NCBI GenBank assembly: GCA_965240365.1
Contig: OZ251218.1
Location: 258,689-322,688 of the forward strand
Length of the DNA: 64,000 bases
Reading direction: 5' to 3'
From: Gammaproteobacteria bacterium
Lineage (GTDB): Bacteria > Pseudomonadota > Gammaproteobacteria > Eutrophobiales > Eutrophobiaceae
A program made the translations under genes and the position numbers. The notes under the pieces are model-generated. The model did no database searches. It saw nothing but the letters and a program-made list of their open reading frames with translations, and was not told the DNA's origin. This document shows, piece after piece, positions 29,858 to 40,539 of this stretch; position 1 is the stretch's first letter, and each line of letters starts with the position of its first letter.

Positions 29858-31012
29858 ATGACACTGCCTTTACCAAAGCCGTATCTAAGCGGGCCGCGCC
29901 TGGCCGGCCCCCGCCAGGGCGGCCTGATCGAGCGCTACCGGGATCGCTTGCCGGTCGCCGCGGATACCCGCCTGATCAGCCTCAATGAGGGCGATACACC
30001 CCTGATAAAGCTGCATAACATCCCCAAGCTGCTGGCCGCCGAGGTCGATATCTATGTGAAGTATGAGGGCCTGAACCCGACCGGGTCCTTCAAGGACCGC
30101 GGCATGACGATGGCGGTCACCAAGGCGGTTGAAGCCGGCGCAGAGGCCATCATCTGCGCCTCGACCGGCAATACATCGGCATCGGCCGCCGCTTACGCGG
30201 CGCGGGCCGGTATCGCGGCCTTTGTGCTGATTCCGGGCGGCAAGATCGCCCAGGGCAAGCTGGCCCAGGCCATGATCGCCGGGTCGATTGTGATCCAGAT
30301 CAAGGGCAACTTTGATGACGGGATGCGTCTGGTCAAGGCCGTCGCCGCCGAAGCGCCGGTTACGCTGGTCAACTCGGTCAACCCCTATCGCTTGCAGGGA
30401 CAGAAAACGGCGGCCTTCGAGATCATCGAAGCGCTGGGCCGCGCCCCGGACTTTCACTGTTTGCCGGTGGGTAATGCCGGCAATATCACGGCCCACTGGA
30501 TGGGTTACAGCGAATATGCCGGCGCCGACAACAAAGCCGATAATAATGACCAAGGCGCCTTTGAAGGCGGCGCCCTGGGGCGGCCAAAGATGGTGGGCTA
30601 TCAGGCCAGCGGCGCGGCGCCGTTTATGCGCGGCGTCATGGTTGACAAGCCCGAGACCGTGGCCACGGCGATCCGGATCGGTCATCCGCAATCCTGGGAC
30701 TATGCCTGGAATGCGCATAAAGAATCGGGCGGCTGGTTTGATGAATGCAGCGATAAAGAAATTCTCGCCGCGCAAAAACTGCTGGCGAGCAAGGAAGGCA
30801 TTTTCTGCGAACCGGCCTCGGCGGCGTCCGTGGCCGGCGCCATGCGTGATATAAAATCCGGCAAGATCCCGGCTAACAGTTGTGTGGTATGCACCCTGAC
30901 TGGCCACGGCCTGAAAGACCCGGACACCGCGATCAAGCAAAGCACGACGCCGGTGATCGAGGTTGAAGCCGAACTGGACGGGGTCAGGGCGGCCATACTG
31001 GATAATTTGTAG
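29858..31012 (+). CDS. thrC: threonine synthase
   Basis: PLP-dependent beta-family motif with the lysine in TGSFKDRG, and hom-thrC synteny. The start was chosen 8 nt after the hom stop. Confidence 0.85.
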   Translation: MTLPLPKPYLSGPRLAGPRQGGLIERYRDRLPVAADTRLISLNEGDTPLIKLHNIPKLLAAEVDIYVKYEGLNPTGSFKDRGMTMAVTKAVEAGAEAIICASTGNTSASAAAYAARAGIAAFVLIPGGKIAQGKLAQAMIAGSIVIQIKGNFDDGMRLVKAVAAEAPVTLVNSVNPYRLQGQKTAAFEIIEALGRAPDFHCLPVGNAGNITAHWMGYSEYAGADNKADNNDQGAFEGGALGRPKMVGYQASGAAPFMRGVMVDKPETVATAIRIGHPQSWDYAWNAHKESGGWFDECSDKEILAAQKLLASKEGIFCEPASAASVAGAMRDIKSGKIPANSCVVCTLTGHGLKDPDTAIKQSTTPVIEVEAELDGVRAAILDNL

Positions 31013-31288
31013 GCTGTAAATGACGCCAGTCATTGCTTTTGAAGCAGAGTAAAAATTGCATTAATTAGTATCACGTGTTCTGATCTGATTGGTCTCATAG
31101 GTATTGAACCCGGACAGTTCATTGACAGACCACCTGTAGCAATCTATGCTGACATTGTTCCCGCTCTGCCTTGCATCGGGCTTGGTAAGTCCACGAAAGT
31201 GGCCACCATACGGCGGAAATTGCAATCCGGCATGGTGTCTTGCAAGGCCTGGGATTCTCGCCGGGCCTTTTGCTTTTAGATTAAAATC

Positions 31289-32012
31289 AATGAGAATCTT
31301 TTTAATCATTTTTCTGTCTTATCCAATCAATGTTCTTGGTTGGCAGTATAGCGTAATAGATGGAAGATATAACTGTCCTGAAATAGATAACTCGTACGAG
31401 TGCGCCCTGTATATTGAGCGTCATGAACTTTCCGACCAGTCATTCTTTAGACGCACAGATGAAAAAACTATTGTTTTAAGCCTGAGGAACGGCGAGAAAA
31501 TTATCCTTGAAAATAACAATTCAGAAATTGATACGCGGGCCTCGTTTGCCGTTTTGGAATATATAGCAAAGATGGACTCTGTAGTTGTGCTGCGACAATA
31601 CTATGAAGGCGCTGCGTATTTATTGATTAACCTTTCTTCAGGTGTTCAGAAAAAGCTCAGAGGTTATCCGGCAGTTTCACCTGACGGTCGGTCAATTGTT
31701 GTTGCAGATCAAGATTTATTTGCGGGTTACAATGACAACATATTTCAGGTTTATCGTATTGAAGATGAATGGCGTCTGGAGTTCGAAGAAGAGCCAACTG
31801 ACTGGGGGCCGGATCAGGTAAAATGGATCGGAAACAATTGTCTGAGCTTTATCAAAGTCACGGTAAACTCGGAACACTTTGAAAAAAGATCTTTACCTTT
31901 ATATATAAATGAAACAATGATATTGCGGCGCGCCAGCGCCGGTTGGAAAATTGTGCCTGGCGAAGGCATGCAGTCCGACAACAATTCGGCCGCGCCGTTT
32001 CTTTGCCAATAA
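31289..32012 (+). CDS. hypothetical secreted protein (AT-rich cassette gene 1)
   Basis: Signal-peptide-like N-terminus MRIFLIIFLSYPINVLG. About 38% GC, in a roughly 60% GC background. Confidence 0.5.
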
Positions 32013-32041
32013 TACAGAACGTTAAGCGTATATAGAAATAT

Positions 32042-32518
32042 ATGAAGATTGCTCATTGGTTTAAACAATACTGGATTTTAATTTCCAGAATATTGGGGCT
32101 TTTAGCTTCCATCATCATAATAGTAACTTTTACGCTTGAACTCTTTAAGTCCGGCAGAGAGATTCCGGAATACACTGGCGCCCTGGACTCTGAGTTTTCC
32201 GAGTTTATATGGGCAAACACAGACAACATATTCAAGATGCAACTACAGTTCAATGGACAGCAAAGCAGAGAGATAGTGGATTGGCTTAATGAAAAGAATG
32301 CAGAAAAAATTATTTGGTTTTTCGTAGAACATGACGGCGCCGGCACAGAGTTTGGCTTTTTTCGCGATGACCCGGAAATTCATTTAAATACCAGATATGT
32401 GTCGGACATCCATACCAGCGGGTATTTTAAGGTGCATAGTATCCAGGGGCCATATCAGGGATGGATGTCGGTAACGCTTAAAGCCGTGGGGCGCGAGCAT
32501 ATCAAACCGCTGTGGTGA
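32042..32518 (+). CDS. hypothetical membrane-anchored protein (AT-rich cassette gene 2)
   Basis: An N-terminal TM helix (ILISRILGLLASIIIIVTF). AT-rich like its neighbour. No recognised motif. Confidence 0.5.
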   Translation: MKIAHWFKQYWILISRILGLLASIIIIVTFTLELFKSGREIPEYTGALDSEFSEFIWANTDNIFKMQLQFNGQQSREIVDWLNEKNAEKIIWFFVEHDGAGTEFGFFRDDPEIHLNTRYVSDIHTSGYFKVHSIQGPYQGWMSVTLKAVGREHIKPLW

Positions 32519-32777
32519 AACAATTTTAGGAAATGACTTAAATACTAAAGCCATCCTTGCGATAGATATAAGAATGTAAATTATAGGGTGGCGTTTGGAA
32601 CCGGCCGCCGCTCTGCCGCCTGCATTCTGTAGGCACATTTTCTCAATGAGGATTGCCCGGATGCGCCTGTCCGCCCCTCCGTCATTGCGGCAAAAAAAGG
32701 AATGGCATGACCTGTTGCTTGCCGCCGGGTTAAAATACCTGCCTACAGCAGGCCGGCAGCAAGCAGGATGAGCGGAA

Positions 32778-33800
32778 ATGCGTAAATTAACGGTGTTTAT
32801 ACCGGGACTATTGGGGCCTGATATTGCCTTTCATCCCGATGATCTGCCCGGTTTGCCTGCCTTAAACTGGTTACTCGGCCGGGGCCGGCGGCGATCAGCG
32901 GTTGCGACAGTTTCACCAGGCTACGGGCTGTGTGAATTGTGCGGCCTGGGCCGGGGGCATGAAGATGATTATCCGATTGCCGCGATAACCCGTTTGAGCG
33001 AGGGCGGCCCACGGCCGGAAGGGCTGTGGTTGCGCGCCGATCCGGCGCATGTTGCGGCCGACCGGGACGGCTTGATCCTGCTTGATGATCGGCGTTTTAG
33101 TCTGAGTCTGTCTGACGCGCATGAATTGGCCGCCGCCGTTGATCCCCTGTTAAAATCACACGGGCTGAAACTGGAAATCCCGGCGTCTTGTCGCTGGTAT
33201 ATCCGTCTCTCCGCCCGGCTGGCGTTAAAGACGACGCCCCTGGATGCGGTTGTCGGCCGGGATATTCTGCCGCGGATGCCGGGCGGGGATGACCGTATCA
33301 AACTCGCGCGGCTCTTGAATGAGATACAAATGACATTACATTCCGCGTTGATCAATGAACAGAGGCAAAGACAAAAATTACTACCGATCAACAGCCTCTG
33401 GTTCTGGGGTTACGGATCGCTGCCTGAGACCATTGAACGCCGCTGGTCGTTTATCGCGGGTGACGAAAGTCTGGCAAAGGGGCTCGCGCTGCTTGCCGAA
33501 ATCCCTTTTCAGCCCGTGCCGGGGCATTATGAGCAGCTTGAACATGCCCCGGAAGATGGCAGCGGTCTGGTGGTGATCAACGCCCTGCAAAGGTTCAGCG
33601 ACTATCAGGACCCGGAGGGCTGGCTGGCGGCCCTGCCGGAATATGAGAAAAACTGGTTTTTGCCGCTGCAACGGGCCTTTAAGTCAGGACGGATGGCCTG
33701 TCTTGAGATCAGAACGGAACGCGACAGCATTACTCTCGGCAAAAGCGCCCGTTTTAAATTCTGGAAAAATGATAAAACCCTGCAATCGTTCAGAAAATGA
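32778..33800 (+). CDS. conserved hypothetical protein (340 aa) upstream of and overlapping recJ
   Basis: Intact ORF with an ATGA overlap onto the recJ start. Family not identified. Confidence 0.5.
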   Translation: MRKLTVFIPGLLGPDIAFHPDDLPGLPALNWLLGRGRRRSAVATVSPGYGLCELCGLGRGHEDDYPIAAITRLSEGGPRPEGLWLRADPAHVAADRDGLILLDDRRFSLSLSDAHELAAAVDPLLKSHGLKLEIPASCRWYIRLSARLALKTTPLDAVVGRDILPRMPGGDDRIKLARLLNEIQMTLHSALINEQRQRQKLLPINSLWFWGYGSLPETIERRWSFIAGDESLAKGLALLAEIPFQPVPGHYEQLEHAPEDGSGLVVINALQRFSDYQDPEGWLAALPEYEKNWFLPLQRAFKSGRMACLEIRTERDSITLGKSARFKFWKNDKTLQSFRK

Positions 33801-35539
33801 ATACCCTTCAACAAACCAGGACTAAAAAGATCAGCCGGCGCCCGCTGCCGGCGGCCATTGACCTGCCCGATACGATTCACCCGGTATTAAAACGGGTGTT
33901 TGCCGCCAGAAATATCCAGAGCCGGGATGATCTGGATTATTCACTCGCGGGCTTGTGCCCTTTTCATAAGCTGTCCGGCATTGAGGCCGCGGTCGGCCTG
34001 TTGCAGGAAGCGTTGGCAGAACGAACGAAGATCCTGATCGTTGCCGATTTTGACGCCGATGGCGCGACCGGTTGCGCCCTGGCCATACGCGCGCTGACCA
34101 TGATGGGCTGTGACAATATTGTTTATGTGGTGCCGAATCGTTTTGAATATGGCTATGGCCTGAGCCCGGAGCTGGTTGATGTGGCGCTGGAATATGACCC
34201 GCAGTTGTTGATTACCGTTGATAACGGCATTGCAAGCATTGACGGCGTGGCTTATGCCAGGGCCAGCGGTCTAAAGGTCGTCGTGACCGATCACCATCTG
34301 CCGGGGGCCGTGTTGCCTGACGCCGGCGCGATTGTGAATCCGCAGTTAACGGGCGATCAATTTCCGAGCAAAAACCTGGCCGGGGTCGGCGTTATTTTTT
34401 ATGTGTTGCTGGCGCTGCGCGCAAGCCTTAGAGAATCGGGCTGGTTTGATGATAAGGGTATCGCTTGCCCAAACCTGGCAAAACTGCTGGATCTGGTGGC
34501 GCTGGGCACTGTCGCGGATGTGGTGCCGCTGGATAAAAACAACCGCATCATGGTAGCGCATGGCCTGAAGCTGATCCGCCGGGGGCAAACCGTCCCCGGC
34601 ATACTGGCCCTGCTCAGGCAGGCGCGGCGTTCGGTGGAGAATCTGTCGGCCGCCGACCTCGGCTTTAGTGTCGCGCCCCGCTTAAACGCGGCCGGCCGCC
34701 TGACCGATATGTCGCTGGGCATCGAATGCCTGCTCACCGATGACACGGAGGCCGCGACGGAAATGGCAGGCAGGCTGGATGACTTGAACAGGAAACGGCG
34801 GCAGATTCAGGATGAGATGCAGGCGGAGGCCATTATTGAACTGGAAGGCTGTGTTGATATAGCGAAGTCCGGCGTGCCTGACGGTATTTGCCTGTATAAG
34901 CCGGACTGGCATCAGGGGGTCATCGGGATTCTGGCCGCGAAGGTAAAAGAGCAATTTAACCGGCCGGTCGTGGCCTTTGCCCGGGAGCGTGACGGCGTCA
35001 TCAAGGGTTCGGCGCGTTCGATCAGCGGTTTGCATATACGTGATCTGCTGGAAGAGACCGCGCGCCGAAACCCGGAATTGATCCTGGCCTTCGGCGGCCA
35101 TGCCATGGCAGCCGGTCTGACCATCAATGAATCCTGTTTTGAGCGGTTCTCGGGCTGTTTTAATGACGTGCTTAAATCTTTTATCTCAACGGACCTGTTG
35201 CAGGATGAATACCTGACAGACGGCGAAATCACGGCGCGCGAACTCTCTTATGAATTGGCCGAGGCCATACAAGCGGCCGGCCCCTGGGGTCAGGCCTTTC
35301 CCGAACCGCTGTTTGAAGGCCATTTCAAAATCCTCGGCCGGCGCGTGGTCGGCAACAGTCATCTGCGGCTCAAGTTGCAGGTCGATGATCAGGTTGTCGA
35401 TGCCATCGCATTTAATACTACGGACGAAAACTGGCCGGCTAATCCGGACAGTATCCATTCCGTCTATCGCTTAGGCATCAATGATTATTATCAGGATAAG
35501 CGGCTGCAACTCTTTATCGAATATTTAATCCCCTGCTGA
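33797..35539 (+). CDS. recJ: single-stranded-DNA-specific exonuclease RecJ
   Basis: DHH motifs (ILIVADFDADGATG, VVVTDHHLPG) and a DHHA1 C-terminal region. Confidence 0.9.
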   Translation: MNTLQQTRTKKISRRPLPAAIDLPDTIHPVLKRVFAARNIQSRDDLDYSLAGLCPFHKLSGIEAAVGLLQEALAERTKILIVADFDADGATGCALAIRALTMMGCDNIVYVVPNRFEYGYGLSPELVDVALEYDPQLLITVDNGIASIDGVAYARASGLKVVVTDHHLPGAVLPDAGAIVNPQLTGDQFPSKNLAGVGVIFYVLLALRASLRESGWFDDKGIACPNLAKLLDLVALGTVADVVPLDKNNRIMVAHGLKLIRRGQTVPGILALLRQARRSVENLSAADLGFSVAPRLNAAGRLTDMSLGIECLLTDDTEAATEMAGRLDDLNRKRRQIQDEMQAEAIIELEGCVDIAKSGVPDGICLYKPDWHQGVIGILAAKVKEQFNRPVVAFARERDGVIKGSARSISGLHIRDLLEETARRNPELILAFGGHAMAAGLTINESCFERFSGCFNDVLKSFISTDLLQDEYLTDGEITARELSYELAEAIQAAGPWGQAFPEPLFEGHFKILGRRVVGNSHLRLKLQVDDQVVDAIAFNTTDENWPANPDSIHSVYRLGINDYYQDKRLQLFIEYLIPC

Positions 35540-35756
35540 AATGCCGTCATTTTGGCATGACTTTCCGGGTGCTATGGCGACTTGTGCCAGGCGCCGCTTG
35601 TACAGGTTCAGACAGCAGTGAGACTTTTTTGAGAAAAGAAATCGGTTAGCCTGTGAGTGATTAACACACACGGGAGACTACCCGGCCTTCTGCCGCCTGC
35701 CTGCCACAGGCAGACCGGAATCACGGAGTGTTGAGTATGAAGATTGCCGGGATGTG

Positions 35757-35935
35757 TCCATCCCTATGTCGTCATTCCGGCGAAGGCCGGAATCCAGTGG
35801 TTTATGTCATACATTCCCGCTTTAGCGGGAATGACAATTAGACAGGACTGGCGCTCATTTCACATCCCGGCCCGCACTCCTGGATTCCGGCCTTCGCCTG
35901 CCTGCCGCAGGCAGGCGCGAAGCAGCCCTGATTTG
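35757..35935. mobile_element. MITE-like element of the 'gtcattccggcgaaggccggaatccagtgg' family (units A+B+C)
   Basis: Near-identical about 140-bp copy at 41437-41580. Related copies at 43590-43790, 48636-49030 and 55905-55990. Confidence 0.65.
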
Positions 35936-35982
35936 TCTTACAGGTATTGAAACCCGGACACCGCTTTGCCACCCGCGGCCGT

Positions 35983-36684
35983 TCAAGCAGGATTGCGCCG
36001 CAACGGCCGGCCGTGAATCGTCAGATGCCGGTCGGAGACCACGCTGACGGTCAGTTCTTCCAGGCCGGCCGCAAGCAGTTGCGCCCTGACTTCGGCCGGC
36101 GTGAAGGCCGCCTTCAGGGAAGCCTTAAAATCACGTTGTAATATTTCCGCCTCGCTGCCGGCGTATTCCCGCACCAGCGCCGAAACCCGCGCGTCGTTAT
36201 CCGGCCGCATTAAATCCATGATAAAAACCGCGGGATCGCCCCTGGCATTCTTAATGCAGTCCCACAACAACATGGGATCATGCAGATGATGCAGCAGGCT
36301 GTTGCTGAATATCAAGTCATAAGCCTGTTGCGACAGGCAAGAGGCGTCAAGCCGGGCCTTGATCAGTGTAATACGATTTGACAGCCCAGCGCGCCTGCCT
36401 GCCGCAGGCAGGTCGGCCAGCGCCTTCTGCGCCTCGGCCAACATCGCGACCGCCCCGTCAATGGCGTCAATATGATAGCCGGGATAAGCCCTGGCAAAGC
36501 GAATACTGATATCCGCAGCGCCACAACCGAGATCAACGGCCCTGCCCGTGCCGGGTAAATGCCCGCCGACGGTTTCCTTCAAGAGTTGGATAAAGTGATT
36601 ATGCGGCGCTTCAAAGTCAGCCCCGGCATAGGCGGCCGCCTGCCCGGCTTCGTCCATCAATTCAGGTTCGGTAATACGCCGCAT
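35983..36684 (-). CDS. class I SAM-dependent methyltransferase
   Basis: Motif I VDLGCGAADIS. It carries an in-frame copy of the palindromic repeat unit inside the CDS at 36388-36412, encoding DLPAAGRRA. Confidence 0.7.
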   Translation of the reverse strand: MRRITEPELMDEAGQAAAYAGADFEAPHNHFIQLLKETVGGHLPGTGRAVDLGCGAADISIRFARAYPGYHIDAIDGAVAMLAEAQKALADLPAAGRRAGLSNRITLIKARLDASCLSQQAYDLIFSNSLLHHLHDPMLLWDCIKNARGDPAVFIMDLMRPDNDARVSALVREYAGSEAEILQRDFKASLKAAFTPAEVRAQLLAAGLEELTVSVVSDRHLTIHGRPLRRNPA

Positions 36685-36717
36685 GAGTTCAGCCGGTCAT
36701 TGCAGTCATTAAAAAAC

Positions 36718-36748
36718 CCGCGGGCAATGCGGGTGTTTTTGGAGGTTC
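36718..36748 (-). terminator. candidate rho-independent (bidirectional) terminator hairpin after the aldehyde dehydrogenase/DUF779 pair
   Basis: aaaaacccgcgggcaatgcgggtgttttt: a GC stem flanked by an A-run and a T-run. Confidence 0.55.
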
Positions 36749-36819
36749 TGGTTTTATGTGGGTTTTACGGACAGGCAGGCGTCGATGGGCAGGGGCAATT
36801 ACGCGAGGCCGGCGCCGCA

Positions 36820-37218
36820 TCAGTCTCGGCCCGTGGCCGGTTTGCCGCGTTCGGGGGGATTCTGTTCCAGCAGCCGGCTTTCCTCGTCGGTGTAGAGCCT
36901 GGAACGGGTCAGGAAACGCACGCCTTCCGGCGCTTCGAGTGAAAAACCGCTGCCGCGCCCCTTGACCACATCAATGATCAGGTGGGTGTGTTGCCAATAC
37001 TCGAACTGGGCGGCGCTGATATAGAAGGGACAACCGGCGATGGCGCCCAGATACACATCGCTGTTGCCAATCCTGAATTCATTGACGGGATAACACATGG
37101 GCGCGCTGCCATCGCAACAGCCGCCCGATTGATGAAAGAGTAAAGGCCCGTGCTCCGCCTTTAGCTTGTCGATCAAGCTCACCGCTTCCCCGGTGACAGA
37201 GACACGTTTTACTTCCAT
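36820..37218 (-). CDS. DUF779-family protein (typical partner of aldehyde dehydrogenase)
   Basis: Conserved Cys-rich region (SGGCCDGS, CPFY) and a position immediately downstream of an AldB-like gene. Confidence 0.7.
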   Translation of the reverse strand: MEVKRVSVTGEAVSLIDKLKAEHGPLLFHQSGGCCDGSAPMCYPVNEFRIGNSDVYLGAIAGCPFYISAAQFEYWQHTHLIIDVVKGRGSGFSLEAPEGVRFLTRSRLYTDEESRLLEQNPPERGKPATGRD

Positions 37219-37251
37219 TGGCCTTTACTCGCCGGCTGAACCGAAGCAGAC

Positions 37252-38793
37252 TCAGAAGAAGCCCAGCGCCTTGGGGCTGTAGCTGGCCAGGATATTTTTG
37301 GTCTGCTGATAATGATTCAGCATCATCTTGTGGGTCTCGCGCCCGACCCCGGATTGCTTGTAACCGCCAAACGCGGCATGGGCCGGGTAGAGGTGGTAAC
37401 AGTTGCTCCAGACGCGGCCGGCCTGAATGCCGCGCGCCATGCGATAGCTGGTATGCACGTTGCGGCTCCAGACACCCGCGCCCAGGCCATAGAGGGTGTC
37501 GTTGGCAATCGACAGGGCCTCGGCCTCATCCTTGAATTTGCCGACCGCGAGCACCGGCCCGAAGATTTCTTCCTGGAAGATGCGCATCTGGTTGTGCCCT
37601 TCGAGCACGGTGGGCTGAATGTAGTAGCCTCCGGCAAAATCGGCGCCGATGTCGGCCTTGCCGCCGCCCGTCAACAGCTTCGCGCCCTCTTCCCTGCCGA
37701 TTGAGATGTAAGACAGGATCTTTTCCTGCTGATCAGATGAGGCCTGGGCGCCGATCATGGTGCCTTCATCAAGCGGATTGCCCTGCCGGACCTGCCCGAC
37801 CCGCGCCAGCGCGCGCTCGACAAATTGATCGTAGATGGACTCGTGTATCAGCGCGCGGGAAGGACAGGTGCAGACCTCGCCCTGATTCAGGCAGAACATG
37901 GTGAAGCCTTCCAGGGCCTTGTCGAGGAAGTCATCATCGGCATCCATGACATCGGGGAAGAAGATGTTCGGGGATTTGCCGCCCAGTTCCACCGTCGAGG
38001 GGATGATGTTTTCCGAGGCGTACTGCATGATCAGGCGGCCCGTGGTGGTCTCGCCCGTGAACGCGATCTTGTTGATGCGCGCGTTGCTGGCCAGCGGCTT
38101 GCCGGCCTCGACTCCGAAGCCGTTTACCACGTTCAGCACGCCCGCCGGCAACAGGTCCGCGATCAGGTCCATGAGCACCATGATGCCCATCGGGGTCTGT
38201 TCCGCGGGTTTCAGCACGACACAGTTTCCGGCCGCAAGCGCCGGGGCCAGTTTCCAGGCCGCCATGAGCACGGGGAAGTTCCAGGGGATGATTTGCCCGA
38301 CCACGCCGAGCGGTTCATGAAAATGATAGGCGACCGTATCGTCGTCGATCTCGCAGATCGAACCTTCCTGGGCGCGGATACAGGACGCGAAGTAGCGGAA
38401 GTGATCCACCGCCAGCGGCATATCGGCCGCCGTGGTCTCACGAATCGGCTTGCCGTTATCCATGGTTTCAACCAGCGCCAGATCCGGCAGGTTGGCCTCG
38501 ATCCGGTCGGCGATCTTCAACAGGATATTGGCCCTTTCGGTGACCGCAGTCTTGCCCCATGCCGTTTTGGCCTTATGGGCCGCGTCCAGCGCCGTCTCGA
38601 TATCCTCGGCCGAGGAACGGGCGACTTCGCAGACCGTTTGACCGGTCAGGGGGGTGGGATTCTCGAAATACTGGCCTTTGGCCGGCGCCACCCATTCGCC
38701 GCCGATAAAATTTTCATAACGCTTTTGGATGGTCAGATTTGCGCTGACCGTATCCAGCGCGTTATCCGGGGTTAGCTGTACTTTTTGGTCCAT
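37252..38793 (-). CDS. NAD-dependent aldehyde dehydrogenase (AldB/ExaC-like)
   Basis: ALDH motifs: VELGGKSP, catalytic-Cys region [11 protein letters not shown], and FTGET. Confidence 0.85.
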   Translation of the reverse strand: MDQKVQLTPDNALDTVSANLTIQKRYENFIGGEWVAPAKGQYFENPTPLTGQTVCEVARSSAEDIETALDAAHKAKTAWGKTAVTERANILLKIADRIEANLPDLALVETMDNGKPIRETTAADMPLAVDHFRYFASCIRAQEGSICEIDDDTVAYHFHEPLGVVGQIIPWNFPVLMAAWKLAPALAAGNCVVLKPAEQTPMGIMVLMDLIADLLPAGVLNVVNGFGVEAGKPLASNARINKIAFTGETTTGRLIMQYASENIIPSTVELGGKSPNIFFPDVMDADDDFLDKALEGFTMFCLNQGEVCTCPSRALIHESIYDQFVERALARVGQVRQGNPLDEGTMIGAQASSDQQEKILSYISIGREEGAKLLTGGGKADIGADFAGGYYIQPTVLEGHNQMRIFQEEIFGPVLAVGKFKDEAEALSIANDTLYGLGAGVWSRNVHTSYRMARGIQAGRVWSNCYHLYPAHAAFGGYKQSGVGRETHKMMLNHYQQTKNILASYSPKALGFF

Positions 38794-39121
38794 GATGGGC
38801 CCTCCTCTTTAACTTATGATTTAATATAGCATGATTTAATATAGCAACCGAATTCACTAAGGAAGCTCTGAAAGACGCCCCATACCGCCCGGGCATCATG
38901 TTAAATACTGCTTGACCTTTTCAGGGGAAAGTGATTGTGATTTAGTCTGCTGGAATAATCAAGCGAAATTTGCATAATTGCCCGCCCGCGTCCGGGCTGA
39001 ATGCTGGACATGGGCAATGCCCGGCCCCGGCGCCGGGGCCGACCGCAATAATTTTCCTAAAAACCTTGACCATCCGATCCCCAAACGGCTAGGATAAATT
39101 TTATTTTCAGGGAGCTTAGAC

Positions 39122-39754
39122 ATGAGAATTCACATTTTCCCTTTGCTTGCCGCGTTGCTTTTCAGCGGCGGGCTGTTTGCCCAGGAATACGCGCGGCCGG
39201 CCTTGGCCGGATTATCCGCCGCGGACTTGATCGCCGAGATGCGGCAGGGCGGGCTGGTGATTTACATCCGCCACGCCTCCACCGAGAGCGACTACGCCGA
39301 TCAGGTCTCCGCCGATGTCAACAACGGCGCCACCCAGCGCGTGCTGAGCGAGGCGGGCTGGCACGAGGCGGTGCATATCGGCAACGCCTTCCGCTTTTAC
39401 AACATCCCGGTGGGCACGGTCTATAGCAGCGAGTATTTTCGCGCCTGGCAGACCGCCTGGCTGGCCTTCGGCCGCTACCGGAAACAGGCCGACCTGAACT
39501 TTCTGCCCTTTGAGGATTACACCGAAGCCCAGGTGCGGGAGATGCGGCGGCGGGTGCTGCCGTTGGTATCGGCCCGCCCGCCCGCGGGGGTCAACACCGT
39601 GATCGTGGGCCACGATGACCCGTTTGAGGCGGTGGCCGGGATTTACCCCGAGCCGATGGGCATTGCCTACGTGCTGCGTCCGCTCGGCGACAAGGGGATT
39701 GAAGTGCTGGGCAGCATCGCGCCCGACGGCTGGGGCCGCATCGCGGCCGATTAA
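39122..39754 (+). CDS. histidine phosphatase superfamily protein, secreted
   Basis: Signal peptide, the RHA(S) catalytic motif in VIYIRHASTE, and a C-terminal GHD motif (VIVGHDDP). Confidence 0.6.
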   Translation: MRIHIFPLLAALLFSGGLFAQEYARPALAGLSAADLIAEMRQGGLVIYIRHASTESDYADQVSADVNNGATQRVLSEAGWHEAVHIGNAFRFYNIPVGTVYSSEYFRAWQTAWLAFGRYRKQADLNFLPFEDYTEAQVREMRRRVLPLVSARPPAGVNTVIVGHDDPFEAVAGIYPEPMGIAYVLRPLGDKGIEVLGSIAPDGWGRIAAD

Positions 39755-39769
39755 CGATTACAAATAACG

Positions 39770-39950
39770 CCAGGAAACTCTGATTTAATCAGAGTTTCCT
39801 GCGGCACAGGGACCTGCCTGCTGCAGGCAGGTGTGCCGCCAAAATCAATGACGCCAGTCATTGATTTTGAAGCAAGGTGAAAATCGCATTTTCACCTTGC
39901 GTGCTCTGAGAAGTCCTGGATGGACTTATTCAGAGCTTCTACTATACACC
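39770..39950. mobile_element. MITE-like element 'E' copy 2, with the palindromic unit nested inside its second hairpin
   Basis: Same sequence as copy 1 apart from an inserted CCTGCCTGCTGCAGGCAGG within ggcacaggga...tgtgcc. Confidence 0.7.
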
Positions 39951-39966
39951 GCAGGAGAATATCGTA

Positions 39967-40443
39967 ATGGCGAGGGGCATCAACAAGGCCATCTTGATTG
40001 GCAATTTAGGCAACGATCCGGATATCCGCTACACCGCGTCAGGCACGGCGATTGCAAATATCAGTCTGGCCACGGCGGAATCCTGGCGCGACAAGGAGTC
40101 CGGCGAACAGCAGGAACGCACCGAATGGCACCGGGTCGTCTTCTTTGGCCGGCTGGCCGAAATCGTGGGTGAGTACTTACGCAAGGGTTCGCAGGTCTAT
40201 GTCGAAGGCCGGATCCAGACCCGCAAGTGGCAGGACAAGGAGGGCAACGACCGCTATACCACCGAGGTCGTCGCCAATGAAATGCAGATGCTAGGCAGCC
40301 GTGGCGGGGCCAGCGCAAATTATAACGCGCCCGCCAATGCCCCGACCAATCACCCGCAAAACAAGGCCGCGCCGGACAAACCGGCCGCCGCCAGTCCGAA
40401 TGCTGCGCCGGCGGACGATTTTGATGATGATATTCCGTTTTAG
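39967..40443 (+). CDS. ssb: single-stranded DNA-binding protein
   Basis: OB-fold N-terminus ([23 protein letters not shown]), a Gly/Pro/Ala-rich linker, and the acidic tail DDFDDDIPF. Confidence 0.95.
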   Translation: MARGINKAILIGNLGNDPDIRYTASGTAIANISLATAESWRDKESGEQQERTEWHRVVFFGRLAEIVGEYLRKGSQVYVEGRIQTRKWQDKEGNDRYTTEVVANEMQMLGSRGGASANYNAPANAPTNHPQNKAAPDKPAAASPNAAPADDFDDDIPF

Positions 40444-40539
40444 AACGGGGGCTAAAATAATTGAAAATGGATAATGGATAGCGGGGGCGCGCATTCATTG
40501 ACCGAAACAGGCCGACCTGCCTGTTGCAGGCAAGTCGCC

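Noticed and set aside
35744-35950. 68-aa ORF and similar small ORFs lying wholly inside MITE/repeat blocks (also 41400-41700, 43600-43950, 48600-49000)
   Set aside because: The repeats are GC-rich hairpins that create open frames by chance. The same 'proteins' recur wherever the repeat recurs.
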